A DNA stretch of 64,000 nt, from NCBI GenBank assembly GCA_050250895.1, contig JBFWNU010000001.1, positions 1,416,008 to 1,480,007 of the forward strand, written 5' to 3'. The translations under genes were made by a program, and so were the position numbers. The notes below the pieces were generated by a model. That model saw only the letters and a list, made by a program, of their open reading frames with translations. It searched no databases and had not been told where the DNA came from. This document shows positions 57,117 through 64,000 of this stretch, piece after piece. This stretch comes from Vulcanimicrobiota bacterium. Its GTDB lineage: Bacteria; Vulcanimicrobiota; Xenobia; Xenobiales; JADMJV01. Each line of letters starts with the position of its first letter. Position 1 is the first letter of the stretch.

Positions 57117-58790
57117 CTAGGACAGCCAGGTGCTCTTGAGCATCTCGGCCACTTTGGTGGGACGCTCTTTGGCCAGCTGTTCTAGCTGCTCGTTGGTGTT
57201 GACTTTGGTCTCGCCAGCGCTCGGAGGAGCGGTCGACTTGCCCGACTTCTCGTTGAGCAGGTCGGCGATGTCGGTCGAGGTGGCGCCCGAGGTGCCGCCC
57301 AGGACCAGTTTGCCCTGGTTGACCTGGACCGAGTGCTGCTTGACCATGAAGGTCAGAATCAGACCCAGGAAGACCAGCGCCACAGCCGTGCCAGCGATGG
57401 TCAGGTGGCGAGCGGTCAAGCCGCCGCCGCCGGCCGTCTCGCCGAAGCCGGGGGGAGGGGTGATGGCCAGATCAGTGCCACCAACCGCCGGACGATAGAT
57501 AGGCATGCTCTCGACCACGACGCTGTCGCCGCGGGCTTCGTCGATACCGATAGCGTTGCGCACGATACCGGCAATCTTGGCCACCTGGTCTTCTTTGAGG
57601 TTGTCAACGACCACCGAAGCGGTCTTGCGTTTGACGCGATAACTCTTGTCTACGGTGCGGGACACGGTCTTGCTGGTGTCGATCTTGACCGACTCGACCT
57701 CGTGCACATAGTTGTTGTTGCTGGTCCCGCCGGATGAAGCCTGTTCGACATCGGTGGACAACTGGCGGGCGTTGGAGCTGCCGCCGGCGTTAGGATCCTT
57801 CGAGTAGCTCTCGACCTTCTTCTGGCGGCCCACTACGACGGTGCCCTGGTCAGCCGGTCCGCCCACCACCGAACGGGTTACTTCGTTTTGGGAGAAGTCG
57901 AGTTCGGCATTCACGGTGGCCACGGCTTTGCCCGGGCCGAGAACTTTGTCGAGCTGGTCTTGAACCTTTTGGGTTAGCTCTTTTTCAATACCCAGCTGGG
58001 TCTCTTGTTGGGTGCCAGCGACTTGCGCGCCGTCGGGGCCCTGAGGCAACTGGGCGGTCAGGTCCATTCCCATGGTGTCCACGATTTTGACGTGCTCGGG
58101 CAAGAGTTCAGGCACCGAGAAAGAGACCAGATGGACGATGCCAGCGATCTGCTCGCGGGTCAGCTTGGCGCTCGGCTCGAGTTTGACCAGCACCGTGGCG
58201 GTGGTCGGGCGCGAGTCGTCGCGGAAGTAGGTCTGCTCGGGAATGGCCAGCTTGATGTAAGCGTCGGCCACGCCTTCAACCTGGCGAACGGTTTCGGTCA
58301 GTTCGCCCTCCAGCATCCGCTGGCGTAAAGCTTTCTGTTCGGCCTGAGTCTTGGCCTGAATGCCACCTTCGGGGGTATTGTAGGGGGTGGTGATAGCGTG
58401 CCGGGGCAGGCCTTTGGCAGCCAGGGCCACCTGGGCACGAGCTTTGGTTTTGGGAGAGACCAGAATGCCGTCGAGCAAGTCCACATTGTGGGGGATGCCC
58501 AGGCTGGTGAGTTCCATCGCCACGGCCTTGGTGTCTTCGTCGTTAAGCTTCGTGGTGTAGAGAGGCACGTAGGCGTTGGCCGTGTTGGAGTGGACCACGA
58601 AGGCCGTTCCCAAAATGGCGATCACCAGAAATGCCGAAAGAGCGATCTTGGTACCTTTGCCAAGTCCCTCCCACATTTCTTTGATTTTTCCCAGGGGCCC
58701 GCCTCCGCCGGCTGGACCTTTCCCGATTGCGGAGCGTCCTGTTGCCAGGCGACTGCCGCTTTTCATCCCCGTTTGGATCCCGGTGGCCAT
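57117..58790 (-). CDS. fliF: MS-ring protein
   Basis: Two TMs, LEGEL, VNAELDF, AIGIDEARGD. Confidence 0.95.
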   Translation of the reverse strand: MATGIQTGMKSGSRLATGRSAIGKGPAGGGGPLGKIKEMWEGLGKGTKIALSAFLVIAILGTAFVVHSNTANAYVPLYTTKLNDEDTKAVAMELTSLGIPHNVDLLDGILVSPKTKARAQVALAAKGLPRHAITTPYNTPEGGIQAKTQAEQKALRQRMLEGELTETVRQVEGVADAYIKLAIPEQTYFRDDSRPTTATVLVKLEPSAKLTREQIAGIVHLVSFSVPELLPEHVKIVDTMGMDLTAQLPQGPDGAQVAGTQQETQLGIEKELTQKVQDQLDKVLGPGKAVATVNAELDFSQNEVTRSVVGGPADQGTVVVGRQKKVESYSKDPNAGGSSNARQLSTDVEQASSGGTSNNNYVHEVESVKIDTSKTVSRTVDKSYRVKRKTASVVVDNLKEDQVAKIAGIVRNAIGIDEARGDSVVVESMPIYRPAVGGTDLAITPPPGFGETAGGGGLTARHLTIAGTAVALVFLGLILTFMVKQHSVQVNQGKLVLGGTSGATSTDIADLLNEKSGKSTAPPSAGETKVNTNEQLEQLAKERPTKVAEMLKSTWLS

Positions 58791-58865
58791 AGTTTCTCCT
58801 CTCCTACCTACCGGCGCTCTCTCTCTGTTTTAGCGAGCGCCGCTCCTTACCCCTCGCGAACTTTC

Positions 58866-59216
58866 TTAGAGCTGCATCTGGAACAGCTGAGTGGTGGCTT
58901 GGGCCATCTTGCCCACCACGGTGGTGGTCAGCTTCATCATCACCTCGGCCTTGGCGCCGGCGATGGTCATCTCGTGCAGGCCGTCCATGTTGCCGCTCAA
59001 CAGGTTGTTGGTCGACTTGATGGAGCCGTCGATGGTCGTGTTGACGGTGTTGAGGCTCTCAGCCAGCACGGCGCCGAAGGCTTTACCGTTTTCTTCGGAC
59101 TGACCGGGCTGCTCGATCATTTTCGGCATGCCGATGCCGGAGATCGGGGAACCGGTGGTTCCGATGCCGCTTACGCCGGAAGTGATACCCTGAATGGATT
59201 GAAAGGGGGACTGCAT
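58866..59216 (-). CDS. fliE: Basal body adaptor
   Basis: FGAVL, LHEMTIAGAKAE, C-terminal MQL. Confidence 0.9.
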   Translation of the reverse strand: MQSPFQSIQGITSGVSGIGTTGSPISGIGMPKMIEQPGQSEENGKAFGAVLAESLNTVNTTIDGSIKSTNNLLSGNMDGLHEMTIAGAKAEVMMKLTTTVVGKMAQATTQLFQMQL

Positions 59217-59227
59217 AATCTTACTCC

Positions 59228-59710
59228 TTAGCCTTTACCGATCTCGAGAGCTTTCATCGCCATCGCTTTCGCCGATTCGATGGTGGTTGCGTTAGCCTCG
59301 TAGGCGCGACTGGCGGCCATCATCGAGGTCATTTCTTGAATGATGTTGACGTTGGGCATCGCGACGTAGCCTTTGCGATCACCCTCCTTTTCGGCGTTGG
59401 GATTGGTGGGGTCGTAGACCCAGCGGAAGTCGCTATTGTCTTCCATAATCCCGTTGACGCCGACACCGCCGCCCGAGAAGTTGACTTTGTTGTTGAAGTC
59501 GAACTCGCCGTCCATCGAGGCAGTGGTGAACGCCTGGTCGAACATCTCGGCCTGCTTGGCATTGATCACGGCAACCTGACGGCGGTAAGGATCTCCGTCT
59601 TCGGTTTTCGAGGTGTTCGCGTTGGCGATGTTGTTGGACACCACATCCATACGGAACTGCTCGGCGCGCATTCCGCTGGCTGCAATATCGAAGGTCTGGA
59701 AGAATTTCAT
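59228..59710 (-). CDS. flgC: Proximal rod protein
   Basis: SNNIANANT, PYRRQ, GYVAMPNV, ASRAYEAN. Confidence 0.97.
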   Translation of the reverse strand: MKFFQTFDIAASGMRAEQFRMDVVSNNIANANTSKTEDGDPYRRQVAVINAKQAEMFDQAFTTASMDGEFDFNNKVNFSGGGVGVNGIMEDNSDFRWVYDPTNPNAEKEGDRKGYVAMPNVNIIQEMTSMMAASRAYEANATTIESAKAMAMKALEIGKG

Positions 59711-59729
59711 CTAGTCTGCCTCTCTCGTC

Positions 59730-60149
59730 TTATCGACCGCTGTTTTCGACAACCCACTTCAGGGAGCCGTAGATGCCCGAGATCTTCGAAGCCAGAGCGT
59801 TATACATAATCTGGTTCTTGGCCAGACTGGCCATCTCGGAGTTGACATCCACCTTACCGCCCACATCTTCGATGGTGGGCTGCAGGCTGGCTTTGGTCCA
59901 ACCGCCGGCGCCATCAATGGCGAACTCGGGGTCGACTACTCCGGCGGGGCTGAAATCGGTGTCAGAGCCGGCGGCCTCGTCATTGTCCATCGCTTCGCGC
60001 AGATGATTCTCGAAAGCAACGGTCTGGGCTGTGTAGCCCTCGGTATTGACATTGGCCATGTTGTTCGAGATGACTTGCTGGCGCAGCGTGGCCGCACCGA
60101 TAGCCTTCTCTAACAGCGTTGTGTCAACAAGTTGAAACGGCTTCCCCAA
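59730..60149 (-). CDS. flgB: Proximal rod protein
   Basis: RQQVISNNMANVNTEGY, VDVNSEM, NQIMY; AGGAGG RBS and TTG start. Confidence 0.95.
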   Translation of the reverse strand: MGKPFQLVDTTLLEKAIGAATLRQQVISNNMANVNTEGYTAQTVAFENHLREAMDNDEAAGSDTDFSPAGVVDPEFAIDGAGGWTKASLQPTIEDVGGKVDVNSEMASLAKNQIMYNALASKISGIYGSLKWVVENSGR

Positions 60150-60241
60150 CGTTTCGCTCCTCCTAGTAATCGGTCAGGTCGTCATTCGACCCTGTTTATT
60201 TCGGCGATGTCCAAATAAATTTCGGCTCTTTTCGCACTCTC

Positions 60242-60296
60242 AGTTTACCGGCGCGGTGTTTCTGTTATGTTGAGTCCATGTTAACAGCGTGTTAAC
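60242..60296 (-). promoter_or_regulatory. Phased-repeat promoter of the flgB operon
   Basis: Minus strand GTTAAC(60296), GTTAAC(60285), CTCAAC(60274), AGAAAC(60263); -10 TAAACT at 60247. Confidence 0.75.
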
Positions 60297-60352
60297 ACAG
60301 TTCACCGAAAGTTGCGCTACCCCTTTCGAAATCAGCATTTGCATGACGAGGA

Positions 60353-60415
60353 CCTGTCCGGGCTACGCCCGGACAGGGGAGCGGAGGCGGCGAAGCCGCG
60401 GGGAGGCTTCCCCCG
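60353..60415. repeat. REP-like cluster of GC hairpins
   Basis: CCTGTCCGGGC-TAC-GCCCGGACAGG followed by GCGGC-GAA-GCCGC. Confidence 0.6.
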
Positions 60416-60502
60416 CCCGGTCCCTCTAGACAAAAGGCAGGAGAATCGGGATAAGGTAGGGGAAGATCCTTTCACACGTCCAGGAAAGTTGGTAGCGCGG
60501 AG

Positions 60503-60958
60503 TTGATGCCTTCAGGACCGGGCGGCCCCACCGGGCCGATTCCCGGCGCGAACATACCCCTAACAGAAGAGTGGTTCAAAGCTCAGAAGAAGCTCATGAA
60601 AGAGGGGGGGATCAAGGAGGCCACCGAGTCCTCGGATGTCTTCACTCCCAGCGAAGCGGCCCAGAAGCTTCCCTCCACCGAAGACGAGCGCTTTCTGGCC
60701 AGCGTCAAGCCCGAGATCTTGTCGCTCGACCCTGACTCCGAGACGTTTCTGGACGAGGCCACCGAGAAGCTGGTTGGCTCGGTGATCGAGCAAGAATACG
60801 GCGAACACATGGCGCGCAACCCGGCCTATCCGCAAATGCAAGAGAAGATTACCCGGACCATCCTCGAGAATCCCCAGTATCGCGAGATGGTGGCCGACTT
60901 TCTCGACATCATGCTCATGACGGCCCCTCAGGCCGAAGAAGCTCCGTCCCAGGAATAG
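60503..60958 (+). CDS. Small acidic hypothetical protein divergent from flgB
   Basis: Gly/Pro-rich N-terminus, helical acidic C-terminus. Confidence 0.75.
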   Translation: MMPSGPGGPTGPIPGANIPLTEEWFKAQKKLMKEGGIKEATESSDVFTPSEAAQKLPSTEDERFLASVKPEILSLDPDSETFLDEATEKLVGSVIEQEYGEHMARNPAYPQMQEKITRTILENPQYREMVADFLDIMLMTAPQAEEAPSQE

Positions 60959-60985
60959 TCTGGGCCGGTTGCGAACCGGCGGCGA

Positions 60986-62056
60986 ATGAGCAACCTGACT
61001 GTTGAAGCCGTCCACGAGGCCCTTAAGGGGGTCGCACATCCCGATGTTCCTTTCTCTATCGAGGAACTCAAGATGGTCAAGAATGTGGTCGTCGATGGCA
61101 ACCTGGTGCGTCTGACCGTCGAGCATCTGACCCACGACCGTTTCCACCGTGACGCTCTCGAAGCCGCGATCAAGGCGGCTGTGAGGGCCACGGTCGAGGT
61201 GGACCACCAATTTCGTCAGCGCTCGACCCAGCCTGCTCTGGGAGGTGGACCGCTCAGTCAGGTCAAGAACATCCTGGCCGTGGCCAGCGGCAAAGGCGGG
61301 GTAGGCAAATCGACGGTGGCTACCAATGTGGCGGCGGCGCTGGCCAGGCAAGGTGCCAAGGTGGGGTTGCTCGATGCCGATGTTTACGGTCCGAGCGTGC
61401 CGGCCTTGCTGGGAATCGATCGTTCCAGTCTAAGGGTCGAGGACAAGCGGATCCTTCCGGTGGAGAAGTTTGGCCTCGAGGTCATGTCGATGGGGCTCTT
61501 GATGAAGCCGGGCGACTCGGTCATCTGGCGCGGCCCGATGCTACACGGCATGATGAACCAGTTTTGCCGCGATGTGGCCTGGTCCGAACTCGACTACCTG
61601 GTCATCGACCTGCCTCCGGGCACCGGCGATGTCTCCTTGTCGCTGTCACAGCTGATTCCGATTGGCGGGGCTGTGATCGTGTCCACGCCTCAGGATGTGG
61701 CTCTGGGCGTGGCCACCAAAGCCGTCAACATGTTCGAGAAATTGAACGTGCCGGTGATTGGACTAATCGAGAACATGAGCTTCTATTGCTGCCCCAACTG
61801 TAACCATCGCGACGAGCTATTCGGTCACGGTGGGGCTCAGAAGGCGGCCAACGAACGGGGGTTGCCGTTCCTGGGCGAGGTGCCCCTCAACGGGTTGATT
61901 CGTCAAGCCGGTGATGCGGGTGAGCCGGTGGTGCTGGCCCACCCCGATTCGGCGCCGGCCAAAGCTCTGGCCGAGGTCGCCCGGCGCGCCGCGGCCCTGT
62001 TGGCGGTCGCCTCGGAGCTGGGGCACGAGGCTATTCTTTCACCTGCTCGAGCATAG
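60986..62056 (+). CDS. apbC: Mrp/ApbC/NBP35 Fe-S carrier ATPase
   Basis: SGKGGVGKST, DADVYGPS, WRGPM, DLPPGTGD, ENMS..CPNC. Confidence 0.95.
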   Translation: MSNLTVEAVHEALKGVAHPDVPFSIEELKMVKNVVVDGNLVRLTVEHLTHDRFHRDALEAAIKAAVRATVEVDHQFRQRSTQPALGGGPLSQVKNILAVASGKGGVGKSTVATNVAAALARQGAKVGLLDADVYGPSVPALLGIDRSSLRVEDKRILPVEKFGLEVMSMGLLMKPGDSVIWRGPMLHGMMNQFCRDVAWSELDYLVIDLPPGTGDVSLSLSQLIPIGGAVIVSTPQDVALGVATKAVNMFEKLNVPVIGLIENMSFYCCPNCNHRDELFGHGGAQKAANERGLPFLGEVPLNGLIRQAGDAGEPVVLAHPDSAPAKALAEVARRAAALLAVASELGHEAILSPARA

Positions 62057-63164
62057 GCTGGCCGTACATCCCGAGCCGCCAGGGCTCCATCCCGTCGACC
62101 TTCTTGAGCTGATCGAGATTGGCGGGCAGTTGGCGAGCCACGGCTTTGAGTAGCCGGTTGGTGGCCACCCGGTCGGGTTCGACGCCCCGCTGCTCGCTCT
62201 CTTCATTGCGCCAGCTGCGAAGCCGGTTATAGGCTCGCTGTTGGCGGGGCGTGAGGTCTTCCTTGCGGCCTTTCTTGCGCAGGGGCAAGTCGATGACGCC
62301 GGCGTCGAGCCCGATATTGATGGCGTCGAGCAGTTCGTCAGTGTAGCGGCGGGCGCTGCCGTGACGGGCCCAGGCCAGCAGTTTGTCGCGATTGCGGGGA
62401 GCTTTGCGAGCCAGGCCAAAGAGAAAGTGGTCGGGGGCGACCCGAAAACTGGCCTCGTCGAGTTCTTGGGCCTTCTGTTCGCGCCAGAGGTAGAGCTCGC
62501 GCAGTACGGCTCGCCGGTCGGCGGCCAGTTCTCTCACCCCTTTGAGCTTGGCCCAACTGTCGGGGTCGAATTCCTTTTCCCGCATCTCCGCATGCACGAT
62601 GCGTTCGCATTCGCTACGCGCCTCTTCCAGGCGATCTTCGTCGGCCAGGCGCTCAAGCAAGATTTCCCGTAACTCGGGCAGGTGACGGGTGTCCAGCCGG
62701 GCGTACTCGGCCTGATCGGGGGGCAGGGGCCGCACCCGCCAGTCAGCCCTTTGAAATCGCTTGTCCAGTTCGACCTCGAAAAACTCCGAGAGCAGGCCAG
62801 CCAGGCTGGCGGTCGGCAGGGCCAGGATGCGAGCGGCCAGGTGCGTGTCGAAGACGTTGACGAACTCAAGACCGCAGAACTTCTTGAAATAGGGGATGTC
62901 GTTTTCGCCGGCGTGAAAGACCTTGACTTGCTCGGCGTTGGCGGTGGCTTGATTGAGCACCGACAGGTCGAGGCCGACCAGGGGGTCGACCAGCCAATCC
63001 GCCTCGACCGTCGAGATCTGCACCAGACATAGTTTGGTGTAGTAACTATAGTAAGAATCCATCTCGGCGTCGAAAGCGATCACAGGTTGCCCCTCGAGAT
63101 GGCTGCACAGCTTTTGGAGGCTCTTGTCATTATCGACCAGCGGGGGGCACTTGCGGGCTGTCAT
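62031..63164 (-). CDS. rnd: Ribonuclease D with HRDC domains
   Basis: FDAE, LVQIS, FHAGEND, FDT, DWRVRPL, YARLD; start at MTARKCPP. Confidence 0.92.
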   Translation of the reverse strand: MTARKCPPLVDNDKSLQKLCSHLEGQPVIAFDAEMDSYYSYYTKLCLVQISTVEADWLVDPLVGLDLSVLNQATANAEQVKVFHAGENDIPYFKKFCGLEFVNVFDTHLAARILALPTASLAGLLSEFFEVELDKRFQRADWRVRPLPPDQAEYARLDTRHLPELREILLERLADEDRLEEARSECERIVHAEMREKEFDPDSWAKLKGVRELAADRRAVLRELYLWREQKAQELDEASFRVAPDHFLFGLARKAPRNRDKLLAWARHGSARRYTDELLDAINIGLDAGVIDLPLRKKGRKEDLTPRQQRAYNRLRSWRNEESEQRGVEPDRVATNRLLKAVARQLPANLDQLKKVDGMEPWRLGMYGQPMLEQVKE

Positions 63165-63186
63165 CAAGCCTTCTTCCTGGCTCGTG

Positions 63187-63214
63187 TTGACAACCCTCCG
63201 CGGTTTGCTATAAT
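63187..63214 (+). promoter_or_regulatory. Consensus sigma70 promoter of tRNA-Leu
   Basis: TTGACA-N16-TATAAT. Confidence 0.85.
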
Positions 63215-63279
63215 GCTCGGGAGCTAATTCGAAGTAGCCCAACAACGGCCCCCAGCCGACCCTCGGGCACAAACCTCAT

Positions 63280-63366
63280 GCGGAGGTGGCGGAATTGGCA
63301 GACGCGCACGGTTGAGGGCCGTGTGGGAGTAATCCCATGGGGGTTCGAGTCCCCCCCTCCGCACCA
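63280..63366 (+). tRNA. tRNA-Leu(GAG)
   Basis: GCGGAGG acceptor stem, anticodon arm CACGG-TTGAGGG-CCGTG, long variable arm, GTTCGA, encoded CCA. Confidence 0.97.
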
Positions 63367-63442
63367 GCTCTCCCCCCTCTCTTGTCCAAATGGGACGATC
63401 GACCCAAGGAAATTTTCCGTTTCGCACAAATCCTCTGAATAG

Positions 63443-64000
63443 ATGAATGACAAAGACGTCTGTCCGGTCAATGGTGAGACCCGGGCCGAAGAGTACGTAA
63501 GCGCTCTCACCCACGGTCTTGGACTCGTCCTGAGCGTCATTGGAATCGCCGTCATCCTGGTGGTCTGTTGGCGTCGGGGGGGACCCCTGCATCTGACCGC
63601 GCACAGCGTTTACGGGCTGGGCTTGGTCCTTTGCTATCTTAGCTCGACTCTTTATCACGCTTGTACGAACGTGGAGTGGAAGCATCGTTTGCGGGTGCTG
63701 GACCACGCCGCCATTTTCGTCGTGATTGCCGCCACCTATACTCCTTTCATGATGATCTCGCTGGGCAATCGGCTGGGCTACAGTGTGTTGGGGATCGTCT
63801 GGGTGATGGCGGCGCTGGGAGTGCTGTTCAAGTTCTACTCCAAGAGCGCTTACAGCGGGGTCACCGTGCTGGCCTATCTGGCGATGGGCTGGATGGTGCT
63901 GGTGGTCGCCGGACCGCTGGCGGCGAGTTTGCCAGGCCAGGGGATGGCCTGGCTGGTATCCGGGGGCGTCGCCTACACGGCCGGAATCGGTTTTTATGCC
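63443..64000 (+). CDS. Hemolysin III (PAQR) family membrane protein, truncated by the window end
   Basis: Manual translation: EEYVSALTHGLG, STLYH, LDHAAIFVVIAATYTPF, YLAMGW. Confidence 0.92.
   Translation, partial: MNDKDVCPVNGETRAEEYVSALTHGLGLVLSVIGIAVILVVCWRRGGPLHLTAHSVYGLGLVLCYLSSTLYHACTNVEWKHRLRVLDHAAIFVVIAATYTPFMMISLGNRLGYSVLGIVWVMAALGVLFKFYSKSAYSGVTVLAYLAMGWMVLVVAGPLAASLPGQGMAWLVSGGVAYTAGIGFYA

Noticed and set aside
42925-60149. Classical injectisome
   Set aside because: It has FlgB, FlgC, FliE, full FliF, FliG, FliM, FliO and a signal-bearing FliP, and no secretin, SctD, SctJ, SctF or translocon.
42925-60149. Decaying flagellar pseudogene cluster
   Set aside because: All ORFs are intact and coupled, with conserved export motifs and organised promoters; losses are specific to motor and switch functions.
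51405-60296. Calling the regulator CtrA
   Set aside because: The TTAA-N7-TTAAC spacing matches, but operon order and proteins are not alphaproteobacterial and no such regulator is in the window.
63280-64000. Integrative element at tRNA-Leu
   Set aside because: No integrase or duplicated tRNA 3' end; a hemolysin III gene follows.

Overview
GC-rich bacterial chromosomal window with about 60 genes, tRNA-Leu(GAG), and no CRISPR array or transposase. Gene style suggests Eremiobacterota/Vulcanimicrobiota, which is an inference only. The left two thirds is housekeeping and accessory material: an S8 protease, msrB, malQ, a site-2 protease, a two-component pair, a PilC plus minor-pilin cassette, two CP-ATP-grasp/alpha-E/transglutaminase cassettes, M48 plus three AIM24 genes, a Ser/Thr kinase, and a purine catabolism cluster (guaD, allB, uraD, uraH, puuD). 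The main feature is a 17-kb minus-strand flagellar-type basal body and export operon (flgB to flhA, 42925-60149). It keeps all export, MS-ring and C-ring genes but has no flgD, motA, motB, fliL, cheY, flhF/flhG or filament genes in the cluster. Its FliG has lost the stator-contacting arginines (R281 to E, R297 to P, E. coli numbering) and the MFxF hinge, and its FliM lacks the CheY-binding peptide. A single short FlgE/FlgG-like subunit has its own promoter and 3' hairpins. The same promoter architecture (GTTAAY repeats at an 11-bp period, one box starting exactly 38 nt before a TAnnnT -10) precedes flgB, the flgE-like gene, a signal-peptide-less subtilase and an unannotated ~53-nt sRNA. Together this suggests a non-rotary, flagellum-derived type III secretion system with its own regulon and candidate effector. 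Whether motor or filament genes exist elsewhere in the genome cannot be seen from this window.
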